A stretch of DNA of 63,736 nucleotides, counting the filler, from Phoronis australis (Eukaryota > Animalia > Phoronida): the NCBI GenBank assembly GCA_002633005.1. It is 10 parts of 10 records of this genome, joined end to end, with 100 filler letters (N's around TTAATTAATTAA, not from the genome) between each part and the next. Parts side by side here need not be neighbours in the genome. Positions count along the whole stretch, not along the records: positions 3,566 to 35,489 come from NMRA01001212.1; positions 35,590 to 40,733 come from NMRA01002410.1; positions 40,834 to 43,697 come from NMRA01003363.1; positions 43,798 to 47,916 come from NMRA01002069.1; 6 more parts are not named here. One strand, written 5' to 3'. Numbering within the stretch: the first letter of the stretch is position 1; every line of letters begins with the position of its first letter. Below the pieces are notes generated by a model. That model was given only the letters and a program-made list of their open reading frames with translations, was not told the origin of the DNA and made no database searches. Of this stretch, positions 33,490 through 47,196 are shown piece after piece. Position numbers and translations under genes: made by a program.

Positions 33490-36400
33490 GTGCTCTACGA
33501 TAAAGTTACCAGTCACGACAAGTCAATCACCTCAAATTTGACTAACAAACAATTTTAGAACAATATCAGAGCGATGAGTGATCTAAATCTAAAGTTTTTT
33601 TTGGTTACAACAGCTTTAACGTTTCGAGAAAGACTTTATGCGCGCCATTCTGCTGCAGGCTGCCAGTTGATTATGCATGTACTTCTGTCTATAAGAGAAC
33701 GATGTAGAGTTGCAGATATATAACAGGGATGCGGTAAAATGATTGATATTTTGATAACTGCTTTCCTTCGTAAAATTCCAGGGATTCGCAGTTCCATCAA
33801 GCTTGGAAAATATATTATTGAAGTCCTCCATTCGTTTGCTCACATTGCTGTTGAGGCATGCTTGGTATAGGGCAGCCCCTTTTTATTCAGTTTACTTGGT
33901 TTGCACCTCCCTTTTATGGTTACTTCCTGGCTATCAAAACATAAAGATAAAGTATTACACGAACAACTCAACAATTAGCCAGAGAGTACTTTTCGATAAG
34001 CAAACCTGGTTGTTGTGGCTTTCAGTTTTTGAGGCGAATCATTTCAAAATAACCGACGTTTCAGTTGTTGTCTACAGGTCACCCATTCCCAGTTCCCGTG
34101 GTAGGAGTGATCTCAGTAACGCAGATCCTTTGTAAGTAGCCCTATACAGTTTGATGAAATAAGGTACTTGAGCAAAAAGCAAGCTTTTGTCATTCTTTGA
34201 CTTCTGGTGTCCGACGAAAAACTTAGGCCCCAAAAGTCTGCAAACGTGCACTTTGAATTGAAAAAGTTGGAAACGTGCCAACGCTTTTCGCAGCTTTGAT
34301 GTTCATAATGTAATATATATCTCCGGAGGTGAGACTGCCCAATTGCAGTTTTAAGAGGCATTATCTGAGAAAACCTGCAAAATTGCAGAATGTTGGCGGA
34401 GGCACTTTCATCAATTAAGTTGATNAGTATTTATACTGTGTTCGTGTATTCGACATTGCCGAGTATAGGCCCTGGTGTATTTTTACATAGACGTTTGGTT
34501 TTCCGAACTTATATACGGAAATCGCTGGTAATACTTCCCAAAATTATTTACCCTTGCTGCAAGTAAGGCATCACCTCGGATAAAAATAGAACAATAATAA
34601 TTAGCAATGTAACAGTCATCTCTTTCAAATCAAACACAATTAAACACACAGCTGAAATGCTTCTAAAACTATCTTAAGTAATACAAAAAGCTTGGTCTGT
34701 ATTTTAAGTCTCAAAACTATCAACTGAAGGCGGTGACATGGACAAGAAGACCAGGCCCTGTGGAAAGTAGATATGGAACTCCAGGTCGGAAAGTATAAGG
34801 TCCCAGGCTCGTTGCATCGGACTGCAAGTCCTGTATTCTTGTTAGCCTACCCCTAGGTCCGCAAGAAGCAACGGCTATCAAATCTGATTCAACTGACTTA
34901 CCATTTTTCGAAATGATTGGAGGATTTTCTTACGGTCGCCGCAGACAGAGATCGAGTGCCACAGGGTACCGCTTGGGCGGCGCAGCACTGAAAAAAGTGG
35001 GGGGCTAAAGCTCCCTCAGACCCCTGTGATACATCGCCTATTGACCATGCGTGGCGTAGCACTCAAAAAAGTGGGAGGTTATAGCCCCCCCAATCCCCTA
35101 TGGTTCGCCGCCCATGTCCCGGTGTCCTCAGTTTTCGGGATTCATCTTAATCTCGGGACACCATGGTGTCCAGGGGGTTGTACCTCAGACGGTACAAGGC
35201 GCGAATTAACAAGACCACAAGTACACAGACCAGTGGATGAGCAAGCATGAAAATTAGGTCGCCGCATATTCAATCTTTTTTAGGTCTACATGGGGGTAAA
35301 GCTCGTAACGCTAGGACTTCACTAAAAAGCAAGAATTCATGAAATTACGTGACATATTGTGTATTTTCAGTTGAAAACGTGATTTTGGCTAGATTTTTCA
35401 ATTCCCAAGACAGCTACTGAACTCTACCCTGGTCTTCGTCCAGGGCCGCATGGGTGAGAATCTCACGAGCACGCTAGTCTGAAGACTTCNNNNNNNNNNN
35501 NNNNNNNNNNNNNNNNNNNNNNNNNNNNNNNNNTTAATTAATTAANNNNNNNNNNNNNNNNNNNNNNNNNNNNNNNNNNNNNNNNNNNNAGAGGATTTGT
35601 GGAATATGCAATACTGGTCATATTTATAATGAGATTCATTTAGTGTCACTGCCCTGTCTTTGGTGGTGGGTGCAGAAATTTGTTGACAAATACAACAGAT
35701 GATGCCAGAATAGTAAGATTATTTCGAAGCCATGCCATTTGAGAAGTACTGAAAAAGCCTGACGCTTTACATTTCGAGAGCAACGGTGCTAGAGCTGAAA
35801 TTTTATCATTGTAAAGTTGTAATGTAAACTACATTATGAGGCCAAGGCCTACATGAAATAAACATTTCTGATTTTTTATTTATACTTCTCAAATTTCCAA
35901 GTTGTGCAGTTGACTCAAAAATTCAAAATTATCAGTTGCTGATGGTTCTCTACTTGTTTGCTAAATGTTCAGTTGTGTGATGCAAAAAGTAATAAATTTT
36001 TTCTTGTGTGTGGTTCACTGCAAAAACTGAATTAGATTCACTAAAGAGTGAATTAATCATTTTTATGACAGGCTTTAATCGATCGTTATTTGCTTGACCA
36101 AAGCAAATTATCTTTCACTGAAAGATGTTGACATTTTGGATGACATTTTTATAGACGTTCATATTTTTTGAAAATTATCTCCATGAAAAAAGCAGTGTTT
36201 TCGTTTACCAGTAAATACTGATAATTTAAGAGACTTTTAAGTCAGAACGGAAATTCCTATTTCTGTACGTAAATTGGTGGAGCAATTAAATTGATTGCAA
36301 CTAATCTTCCCACGAGCCAAGTAAATGTTGCAAATTTTTAGCATTTTTTTCTCTTAAAGCAATAAATTGAGAGTTAAATTCTCTTTGGAATCTGAATGTC

Positions 36401-37020
36401 AACATTTGCAAACTTGACAGCAAAGTTTGATTGCACAGAAAGCAAATGCTAGACATTTTACTATTTGTCTCATTGTTAAAAACTTTTCTACAGCAAAATT
36501 CATCCAGCAACACGTGTTCGGGCAATCTTGAACCAGCGCCACTTGTGCTGTTGCGGATAAGTATTTTAATTACAACAAAATTAATATTTTGTGCTGTATT
36601 ATGTTCAGTGCCAAGTTTCTTCATGTCTGTCTATTTTTATTTAACTACGGATAACTTTCATCTATAATTGCCAAATAATGTGTGAACTTATTAACTCGAA
36701 CCTCACCTAAACACCTGTTTCTGGACGAATTTTGCTGCAGGACTCGCACGTTTAGTGTACCATCCGACATAGGTCATGTGTCACTGTCTTGATTTTCACC
36801 TGAGAAAGTCGACTTAATTTTAAATGATGTCTGAATTTCCAGGGACCAAAATTTAATCAATCAGCTGGTCAGTGTTCAAAAACCCAGCAGAACCCCTGAA
36901 AAGTTGCAGGTTTATCGTTAGATTTTTGTGCAACAAATAAGGTATTAATTGGTATCGAGTGACTGAGATAAATAAAACCAATTTTGGGAAATTCTGCTTT
37001 GAGTTTACCGTTTCTTGTAG

Positions 37021-37187
37021 GCATGAAATCTTTATTGCGCCATCTGGTGTCCAAAAGGAGAGGCTTCGACCAGAAGATCTGTTTGTGCAGACAATCAGAG
37101 ATGAAGATGTCTTAATACCTGCGCCACATAAGAAGCTAAAGAAGAGTCAGTGCACACCTTTATTCATGAATCCCTACACCATGAGAA
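37021..37187 (+). CDS. APIP: Methylthioribulose-1-phosphate dehydratase (APIP/MtnB), internal exon
   Basis: tag|...HEIFIAPSGVQKERLRPEDLFV...KKLKKSQCTPLFMNPYTMR|gtaag matches the APIP IAPSGVQKER and KKSQCTPLFMNAY motifs. Confidence 0.9.
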
Positions 37188-38294
37188 GTAAGCTGCTTCT
37201 CGCTACACATTCCACTCAGACTTCTTTCCAAAGATTTCTGTGTAAGCCCAGTGTATACCTACCTGGTGGCAGTTTGTAGACCAACTGTTAAATCCAAATG
37301 TTTTGATGAGTTTCTGTTGTAGTAGTCACTAGTGCCAAATACTTCCAAATTGTGTTTTAGGCCACTTCTGATTAGAAGCTTTCAAAAACTGTTCTGTTAA
37401 AGCATTTGTAACTTTATTTCCACTTGAGCTATAGTGTATGTAATCATATTCACAATACCAGTATGCAGGGATGTACCTTAACGGTCGCCCAGTCACCCAA
37501 GGCAACTAAGTTTTAAGCCAAGTGCCTGCATTTCACCAGTTCTGTTGTCCAGGTGGCGACCTAGATTTATAATTAGCATTAATAACTTGTTTTCTAAACA
37601 TTCCCAAAATCATGTTGTCATTTACGAGCGAAGTAACTCTATTGCGCGATTGAGTATTTTGCCATTTAGTCAAATTTGGATAAATGGGGCATTTTCCAGC
37701 ATTTACTGTATAATACAAAGTCTATGTTCAGTCACAACACATACATGGGCATAACTATGCCTATGCCAATTCAAACGTACGTGAGTCAATCGAAAACGTG
37801 TGCTCACTGTGCGGGGATTGAGAGACGCACTTAACAAATTGTTTAGTATATTGTGTGGAGTTTTGCCTTCAGGACGAACATTGCAAACACGCAAAATGCA
37901 AATATCTCATGCATTATGAAGAAAGTAAGCCCTGTCGATCATGTTAAAACTCTTGGACAGTGAACAGGTCGTCGGTCAACCGACACGGAGCATAGCATGA
38001 AATGCACCAATTTTCCAGTAAGAATAATTTTATTCCTGCACGTCACATTATACCAATTGAAAATTTCAGATGGCAGAGACCCTATCCAATTTTTTTTGTC
38101 GCAGTCTATACAATAATGAGCTGTTGGTATGTTATAAAAATCTTTCCTGTAAAACTTTAATTTCGTGAGTTCACAGATATAGGGTCACACCAAGTAGACC
38201 TATGTACATACATCAATGGTTATACTTAAAACAATGCACAACCATTCTTTCATGTTGGTGCGGTGTCCAAAAAGAGAGGCCTCAACAAATAGTG

Positions 38295-38757
38295 ATTCGA
38301 TAGACTCGTTACAAACCATTCGATAGACTCGTTACATACCATTCGATGGATTCGTTACATACCATTCGATAGACTTGTTACATACCATTCGATGGACTCT
38401 TTACATGCCATTTGATAGACTTGTTACATACCATTCGATAGACTTGTTACATACCATTCGATAGACTCGTTACATACCATTCAATAGACTTGTTACATAC
38501 CATTCAATAGACTCGTTACATACCATTCGATAGACTCTTAACGTACCATTCGATAGACTTGTTACATACCATTCGGTAGACTCGTTGCATACCATTCGGT
38601 AGACTTGTTACATACCATTCGATGGATTCTTTACATACCATTTGATAGACTTGTTACATACCATTCAATAGACTCTTTACATACCATTCGGTAGACTCGT
38701 TACATACCATTCGATAGACTCGTTACTTACCATTTGATAAATTTTTTACATACCATT
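38295..38757. repeat. 23-bp minisatellite, ~20 copies
   Basis: Unit ATTCGATAGACTYGTTACATACC. Confidence 0.95.
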
Positions 38758-38812
38758 TCCCTTTACTGTTAATACCAATAAATTTCCGATATCACAGTCT
38801 GATCTAGGATCA

Positions 38813-39236
38813 TGTTGGATTAAACTTGAAAAACAAGCCTATTGTGTTGGATTAAACTTGACAAACAAGCCTATTGTGTTGGATTAAACTTGACAAACAA
38901 GCCTATTGTGTTGGATTAAACTTGACAAACAAGCCTATTGTGTTGGATTAAACTTGANTGATAAATTTTTTACATACCATTTCCCTTTACTGTTAATACC
39001 AATAAATTTCCGATATCACAGTCTGATCTAGGATCATGTTGGATTAAACTTGAAAAACAAGCCTATTGTGTTGGATTAAACTTGACAAACAAGCCTATTG
39101 TGTTGGATTAAACTTGACAAACAAGCCTATTGTGTTGGATTAAACTTGACAAACAAGCCTATTGTGTTGGATTAAACTTGACAAACAAGCCTATTATGTT
39201 GGATTAAACTTGATAAACAAGCCTATTGTGTTGGAA
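38813..39236. repeat. 32-bp minisatellite (two blocks duplicated across a single N at 38958)
   Basis: Unit TGTTGGATTAAACTTGACAAACAAGCCTATTG. Confidence 0.9.
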
Positions 39237-39301
39237 TACAATGCTGCGGTAGTAAGCGGATCAGAGCTTTCGGTCACACAAAGGAATCAGCCTGTGAAAG
39301 G

Positions 39302-39653
39302 TTAAAAAGATAATAAACCCGGTTTTGATGATAACTACCAATCCTTGCTCTGTCAGGTGGCATCAGTCTTCCAAGTTAAAGGCCGGAATCAACTAAAAAT
39401 TCGCATTCCCCATGTCAGATTGGGCATTGAAGTCCTTGGTGGATGGTCTTTTCCCACAGTTGCTGTGTAATTCACTTAAAACGTAGGTTACGCTTGCTCA
39501 TTGAACTGACTTTGAAAGGAGTTTTCAGATTTCCCTCCAAACTTTTGAGGGTTGTCAAGGGTTTCAGAATATTAATTTGTGTCAGAGAACTAGATGGGAA
39601 AGTTGTCTTTAGTATCTGTTAATAGGCCAAAACCAGGTTTGGTATCATTTTAA
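39302..39653. mobile_element. TTAA-flanked (Kolobok-like) MITE
   Basis: TTAA-AAAGATAATAAACCCGGTTTTG...CAAAACCAGGTTTGGTATCATT-TTAA inverted ends. Confidence 0.7.
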
Positions 39654-40344
39654 GTCTAATTTCTCGTTTGAAGTTATTTGTGATACTATTTCATAAAAAC
39701 CATCTTCATGACATTTGTTGAACATCGTTCAGAAATGGTAATAGTATTGGTTAGCGTTAGATGCGCTGTTTACAACATAATTGCTGAATTACGTGAGCTT
39801 ATCAGATGCAAGCAGAAAATGAGAAAGCTGCACCATGTAAACATTGGTTTACCAACTTTCTCCGCTTGCTATCACTGTCTAACTGATAGCGACACGGCTG
39901 TAACCCGAGTTAGCGAGTTCCTGATCAGCGAAATCGGGAAACTCACCTCATAGCGCGGGAGCGTAACTTTGGAGACCTGGAGCAAACAGTGATTTGTTAT
40001 TTTGTTTATTTTTAGTGAAGTTCATATTGCAGAAAACTGAAATATTTGACTGAATGCAACATGGCCGACTTTCAGTTTATAAGTTGGACTGTGGCAGGTG
40101 TACCAGGATTTAAGCAAGATCGGCATTTTTTGATTATTATAGGCTGCTTTTATTCTTTGAAAATAGCCATGATTCTAGTAATTTTTGTCAAGATGAAACA
40201 CGTATCTGAACTCTTAAACTGATTTCATTAGAATTCTGTAGTGCAAGAAATGAAGTTTTCCTTGAAAGGTTGATTTTCTCTCGACGACTGACTGGGATCG
40301 CGACGGTGAACCATGATTGAAGCTGGCGCAGAATATGCAAGGCA

Positions 40345-40733
40345 TTTTTATGCGCCCACATATTTATATGTGGACGCATTATGCCGTCATCTCCGTCTGT
40401 CCGGGCGGCGTCCGTCCGGCGTACGCTGCTTTATCTCCAAAACCCTTTGACATACATTCATGAAATTTGGCACATGTGTTCCATTCATGCATGGGACGGC
40501 AGATCCGAGTACTGGTGTGCCCCCTAGTGGCAATTTTAGTTTTTTACGCTTACCTTTGTATCTTCAAAAGTCCTGAACGGATTTTCATGAAATTTGGTAT
40601 GTAGGCACCTATTAGTGAGATGATGCTATCCTCCCGTTTTCAGATGGATTCGACATGGTTTGCGCCACCTAGTGGCCATTTTTAGTGTTTTCGAGTCTGT
40701 TTTTGTGCGTCCACCCCTCTATCAACCAAACCG
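40345..40733 (+). mobile_element. HINE-like element 5' part (truncated by gap)
   Basis: Aligns with 30651-31300. Confidence 0.75.
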
Positions 40734-41527
40734 NNNNNNNNNNNNNNNNNNNNNNNNNNNNNNNNNNNNNNNNNNNNTTAATTAATTAANNNNNNNNNNN
40801 NNNNNNNNNNNNNNNNNNNNNNNNNNNNNNNNNGCACATTTTGTACTCGTGAGTTTTTTGATAACCTTTGCAGATAACAAAAAAGGAAAAGCTCCAATTT
40901 AAGAATTGACTCAGATGAAACAAAGTTTAACCGTTTAAAATAAGATTTATTAAGATGGTATGCGCAACTGAAAACATGTCCCATGAACAATTCCCCAAAC
41001 AACTTTCATACATTACAACAATCTTATTCAGGTAATTTATCAACATTTTTATGCTTTCACAGTGCTAGTTCAAAGTAATTACCACACTTCTAAACATGGG
41101 TGTAAAATATAAACTCCACTGTTAATGTGTGGCGCTGAATAAATTCACTGTCACCACTATTGCAAAAAATGAAACTAGACTACACTGCACTGACGACTGT
41201 CAGATCAGGACTGTTACATTTCATAAACCTTTGTTTGAGTGAAGGCACGAACAGATAAAATGGAAAATTCTGAAGCGAATAATTTATTTTATTAGAATTA
41301 GTATAATGATTGCAGAGAATTCTAACACAACACTCTAGGTGAATTGTGAGACGATTGGCGAATGAGAATATTCACAATCAAAGAAATATTATTTTCCAGT
41401 TTGTACTCCAGCAATCATGTCAAGTTTACAGAGCAGTTCATTGTACTGACTCAGAACAATCAGTCAATGAGGATAACAAAAAATAAATATACGTCGCTGT
41501 AAAATTGCGCTCTTCTCTTTTTGTTCA

Positions 41528-41584
41528 CTAATCATCTTCTTCATCATCTTCTTCATCATCTTCAAAATCATCATCACTCTCCAC
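41528..41584 (-). CDS. USO1: USO1/p115 last coding exon (acidic tail)
   Basis: tag|VESDDDFEDDEEDDEEDD*, in frame with the upstream exon; p115 ends in an acidic tail. Confidence 0.82.
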   Translation of the reverse strand: MESDDDFEDDEEDDEEDD

Positions 41585-42107
41585 CTAAAATGGAACAAAA
41601 AGACCAATGGGACTTGGATGCAACTAGCACTGAGCACAACGCACATATGAGAACATGTGGACAACTAGAGGATGATGACATTAATCGACATGGCAGTTAT
41701 TAATTTGCTCCTATTATCATTTTCACAAGAACAAAGTAGTGGGATTCGTGCCTTGTGTCCAGTGATCACGAGTGACTAGAGAGCATTTTACATTTGTGGA
41801 GGTACTTGATCTAGTTTAGTTAGGGCTGCGCCCTTGACTATTGAAAGAACCAATCAGCAACATTTGCTCATCACCTGGCTGTCACCAACAAAGCACATCC
41901 CTACTATACCTTTATTGTGAAAACTTTGACCATATTTTATATTTTTGGCAAAATAGTACCTTTACCCCCAGGGATACCTAATTAAAAATGAACTAAGATC
42001 TCAAGTTTGCAGTTCAACAGAGACCCTATGCTTAGTCATACATCCACTTTAACCACTGAATGGGTGTACAGTTGGGCCCCTGCACCATTAACTGTGGCAA
42101 CTCTCAC

Positions 42108-42269
42108 CTTATCCCCCAGCTCTTTTAACCTGGCCTTGAATTTTTCCACCTTTGCGTCTTGGTCGGCCAGTAACACCAGTAAATCCTCTGACTCTTTCTT
42201 CATGGATGATACTTCCTCATCCTTGGAACCCATCTCTGAAGACATCGTGGTATTCTCATCTGTCAGATT
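42108..42269 (-). CDS. USO1: General vesicular transport factor p115 (USO1), penultimate exon
   Basis: cag|NLTDE...MKKESEDLLVLLADQDAKVEKFKARLKELGDK|gtgag matches the p115 KKEQDDLLVLLADQD...LKDLG motif. Confidence 0.88.
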
Positions 42270-42394
42270 CTGAAACATAATAAAGGCTCTGTTGCAAAAG
42301 CACATATCTGTAAACTCGTGAGATGAGCTGCAATTTCAAAGTGACAGTGGGGTCACACATACTTGTTTGGAAACTATATTTTCAGATTTGAAAC

Positions 42395-43697
42395 AAACTA
42401 GAGAAATGTGGAGCGTTGAAATGCGAATCTGACAGCACCGCAAACAGTGTGCTTCTAGGGGAGTTTAGTAGTATCACAATTGGCCATTAGATGGAACAGA
42501 ATACATTGAGCACATTTGAAAATGGGAAGGTGTCATTGTCTCTCAAAGCTATATACCAAATTTCATGAAAGTCCATCTAAAAACTCATGAGATACAAAGG
42601 CAAACGTAAAAAAAAATAAATTGCCAATGGTAACCTCAGCGGTAGTCAAATCCATATGTTGTCAAGTTAAAAGGAATACAATTGCTAAGTTTCAAAAACA
42701 TTTTGCAAGGGGTATAGGACATACAGCCATAAATGCAAAAACTGTCACTAGAGGGCACCACAGAATTTGGACCCATCTGAAAATCCATGTCAGTCATGAT
42801 TTTGTCAGTAAGAACACGTCTGCTAATAACGATCCACAGCATGGTTTGGTAGATACAAAAGCAGACAACAAAAAACAGATTAAAAATAATAAAAATGGCC
42901 ACTAGTTGGTGTAGAATACGTCAAATCCAAAACAAAATGGAAAGGTGCTGTCATCTTCATAACAGAAATGTATTTGTCAAATTTCATGAAAAAGCATCAA
43001 AGAACTCTGAAGTTACAGACTGAAGCGAATGCAAAAAACACAATTGCTGCTAGGGAGCACACCTGTAGTGGGACTTGTCTGAAACTCATCGTCATCTATT
43101 GCCATCTCCAAAGGAACACATCTGCTAAACTTCACAAAACTCCTGCAACGGGCAAAGGAGATTCAGCAGTGGACACAAAAAATGACACTAGAGGGTTCCA
43201 GAGTAGTCGACCATGTCTGAAAATCGACAGCCTCGGTCTTCTCATCAGGAACACATCTCCCAATGGATGAAGAGAGTGACACCAAAACATACCAAAAATT
43301 TTTAACATGACCACCAGATGGTACAGAACACGCCAAATCTATCCGTTGTCGTCATCTTAATAGAAACCTATTTGCAAAATTTCATGATAGCAAAACTGGC
43401 CACTATACATCGAATCTATCCAAAAAATGGAACCTGTCATATTCTCTTCAATAGAAACCTATTTATTAATTTTCATAAACATTTATCAAGGTACTTTGCA
43501 GCAGATCCCGAAAAGAATAAAATTGCCACAGCAGTAGTTGGATCCGTCCAAATGTCGTCATCGTCTGTAGTCACCTTCATATAAATACACTTTCCAAAAT
43601 TAATAAAGATCCTACAGAGGGTTTGAGATGCAAAAAGCTGCCACTAGGAGGTGCTACAGGTGTTGGAGTTGTCGTTCAAAATCATCACCAGCTGTCC
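42395..43697 (-). mobile_element. HINE-like element 3' part with diverged ~150-bp monomers
   Basis: Reverse-complement end GCATTTCAACGCTCC...CTCTAGTT matches 32415-32441. Monomers contain AAATTTCATGAAA and CACTAG motifs. Confidence 0.65.
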
Positions 43698-43797
43698 NNN
43701 NNNNNNNNNNNNNNNNNNNNNNNNNNNNNNNNNNNNNNNNNTTAATTAATTAANNNNNNNNNNNNNNNNNNNNNNNNNNNNNNNNNNNNNNNNNNNN

Positions 43798-44720
43798 ATG
43801 GTTGCTTTACAACAAGAAAATATTATAGATGTTGAAAGAAAAGATCAATTCACTAGTCTAAGAGCAGTATTCGTGTTCAACTTCAGTTTGGGTATATAGG
43901 TTAGAAGAGAATGATGAAGAAAACTGTGAACAGTTGGTGTTGGAATTTTGTAAAAATATCTTGGATGGCGATGTTATTGACATAGATTTATAATTAGACA
44001 AAGTGCATTGAGTCGGAAAGAAGGATAGTAGAAGAACGACCAGACATTCATCGGCATTGATTAAACCATGCCCAACCATCGTCAAATTTATGTCATATGC
44101 TATGCTACAAGAAGAAAACCAAAAAAAACCCGGAACATTCATTTTGGAAGACCTTTACGACAAACTATTCCTTGTCGGAACAATCCTTCAAGCATGAGCA
44201 AGTGGACAGCTTGTGGAGCACCAACGGCAAAATATTCGTAAAGCTTAAAGACAGTACCATCAGGAGAATTAATTCCACAGATGACATATAAACAGTTACT
44301 GCCCGCTACACTGTCATGTGACAAATGATCCAAACCCAGGCATGCTTTCTGGAGATTGATTGACGATCATATGGAACTGAACTTTTTTGTTTCTTTATCG
44401 TTTGTTTACCCCTTCCTTCTGTTGTGAATGGTAAGTGTGTGTGAATGACAAGTAATTTAGGACTGTTATCACTTTATGTATATTTTGTATTGCTTCCCTT
44501 GTAGTTAGGCATTGAACTTCTCTATTGTTTTGGAGATGAATAATTTAGAACTGGTAACCTTAAATGTCCAGGAATTAAATTCAGATGTTAAATGGAAACA
44601 CTTAATATTCAATTTCATATCATGTAGCAAATTGTTTAGTTACAGGAAACGTATTTTAGTCCAGAAACTGAACATATTCTGGAAAAAGAGTGGAATGGTC
44701 TTAATTACCACCTGCCAATG
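43798..44720 (+). pseudogene. Decayed L1/Tx1-like LINE: ORF1 C-terminus plus endonuclease N-terminus
   Basis: EQYS...ENCEQLVLEFCK...PTIVKF...WSTNGKIFVK (ORF1-like), then MNNLELVTLNVQEL...QETYFS...KEWNG (APE block I/II), with stops and frameshifts. Confidence 0.7.
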
Positions 44721-46327
44721 AGGTTCCACTTTGTCTTCCATTTCCTATCACTGTAAAAACAGTTTAAGATGCTACTCATAATTATTTTCATTTTCACAAA
44801 TTTATAAAACGTCTAGATTTTTGGCAGGGGAGGTCAAAATTAGCTACAAAAGCAAGCTTTTGATATTGTAAAAATGAAAATAAACAGGAAGTCAAAATCA
44901 ACTGCGCTTTATTTATTTTTTCTTCACATAATCAAATAAATGATGAATCAATCAAAAACATCCCAACATTCTGAGCGTACCTTTTCAAGAGGCAGAGGAA
45001 CCCGAGCAGTTTAAGTCAATTGCAGGGATCCCACATTTTAAGAACCATTTTTTTCCACTGACCAGACCAGACCACTGAATAAGCGCCATCACTCGTTCTC
45101 AAAATCTGGGACCCCCTGTAAGTGACAATTGCCTGGGAACAGTGTTCTAACTGTTAGGTACACCACCTGTTTTATGAAAATGTCATTGACTAAGGAATAT
45201 TTTCTAAATGTTTGTATCATTGGTTTAACAGACTAGAAATTTTCGCTACAAACAAAAAAACGGGGCAAGGGCTAATTGCTAGATTTTGGGGGAAATTGCG
45301 ACCGCGAATCATGCACAGTGTAGCTTGAATAGAGTGCTGTGCATTCTTACAATCAACGCAGACGCAATGCTTCAAGCTCAGCTGTGAGCCACACCATTGT
45401 AATGTTACTCACACACACCAAGTTAAAATGCTCACTGACCTGTAAACTATGTTCATAGTAAAGAGTGCAAATGTACCACTGTGAAAGCTAAGTTGCTGTG
45501 CTAATGACTTTGGAATGAGGCTTAGACCATGCTGACAACTAAACTCAAAGACTATGATACAGTGAACAAGATGGCATGTCATCGCCGAAAGGCTTTCTAT
45601 AGTATCCTTTGAGTTTAGCTAGGAGCATGTTCTACACCTTGTTCCTAAGTGTAAATTGTTATTACACGACTACCATGAACGAACAAGAGATTTGTAGTTG
45701 TAAGGTGATGCAATAATTATTTTTTATTGGCTACTGATTGTAATCACCTATTAGCAACCTTGCCCGCATGCCATGGAGATTTATGCTAACAACGTAAAAG
45801 AAATTCAATGAGTCATCCCCCTTACCGCCTCATGTGCGAAAATCCTCGCGATTCATTTTGCCGCAGACATGAGCAGTGAGATGAGCCATTTTCATTTGAG
45901 ACTACGAGTTCTCTGTCTGTGCTGTCCCCGAGTTAATTCCTAAGTTTGTACTGTATGATGTCGTTATTCCAGTGACACTTCAGAAGATCCCATAAGTTTG
46001 TGACTGCATTTCCACACACAACAATACAGAGTACTCGTGCAACTTTTTGAAGATGCATTTTTAGAATGAAACCCTATCAAGTCACTTGCAAACGTGCGAA
46101 AGAAAAAGGACTTTATTGTTGTCCTTTTTTCTGATACCAACTTATGCTAAACGTAGAGCTCACATGATAACATAATTATGTGCCATTTAAATTCTTTCGT
46201 GATAACATGCAACGAAAATAACTTTTCGAATTTCAATTGTTGAGCTTAAAGTTCGTGACAAAGCTGTGGATTAAACAACATTCCGAATGCACAATATAAT
46301 CCTTGGCATGTTTTATTGTTATCTTAC

Positions 46328-46432
46328 CTCTATGAAGCCTTCACCAATGTCTGGCAGAAGATCTTTTACAGATGAGATTAATGAGTCCAGCTCAACATCC
46401 GATACTTTAGCAGAGCTGGCTGCTGCTCCTTC
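46328..46432 (-). CDS. ASCC2: Activating signal cointegrator 1 complex subunit 2, CUE-domain exon
   Basis: tag|EGAAASSAKVSDVELDSLISSVKDLLPDIGEGFIE|gtaag matches ASCC2 VELDSLISQVKDLLPDLGEGFI. Confidence 0.9.
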
Positions 46433-46704
46433 CTACAGAGGGCAGTAGTATATGCATCACACAGTTTATGAAATATGCATAGCAGTATATACACCACAAC
46501 AAAACATGTCAGTAACAGTTATCACAAAAATTTGATGTCTTATAAAATGAAAACAAGATAATCATGTTTTTAAACTTCCCTCACTGGATATTTTGAGATC
46601 TGTATCCCTGTTTTTTTGCTTTATTCACGACAACCACTTAAAAAATGCAAAGCCTAGCACATAATTCAACAAACAAGGCACCCAAACTAGGTAACAACAT
46701 AAAA

Positions 46705-46825
46705 AATACTACCAGTAATAAATACTACCTGTAATAAATACAACCTGTAATAAATAGTACCTGCAATAAATACTACCCGTGAAAAACACTTGTCTACCTC
46801 TAATAAACACTACCTGTAATAAGTA
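46705..46825. repeat. ~17-bp minisatellite
   Basis: Unit AAATACTACCTGTAATA, about 6 copies. Confidence 0.75.
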
Positions 46826-46991
46826 ACAAATACTGATATTCTAAATACAAAAGCCCTAGACAGTGTTATTCCTGGTACAAGATACAAAAATACAACAGCT
46901 ACAGTTATCACAAGTCAAACAAAAATCCGTGGACATGGATAAGTCACAACCTAAATCATCATCCTCTTTCCAAATATTTGAACCAACCCAC

Positions 46992-47196
46992 CAGACCAGA
47001 GTAGATGTCCACGTTCTGTCCATCAGAAACAGACTGGACATCCCTGTCGGCTATGTCTGCACTACGCGCACTGGTCGATGGCTGGTTGTTAGGTGACGAC
47101 TGGTTGGACTGAGCAGATATGGTAGGCTTCAGTGTGTTATAAGTAGAGAAAGCATCTAACACACCATCCTCTATAAACTGGAGTCGGGCGGCATCA
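46992..47196 (-). CDS. ASCC2: ASCC2 exon preceding the CUE domain
   Basis: cag|...DAARLQFIEDGVLDAF...SGL|gtgggt; phase 2/0, in frame with the CUE exon; resembles ASCC2 DETRTAYILQAVESAW plus a low-complexity linker. Confidence 0.68.

Noticed and set aside
33680-33878. Neprilysin/M13 peptidase exon (KGAALYQACLN)
   Set aside because: Only a short motif resemblance, with an in-frame stop immediately upstream and no other M13 exons found.
42108-47196. ASCC2-USO1 fusion gene
   Set aside because: The exons are on different contigs separated by an artificial linker.
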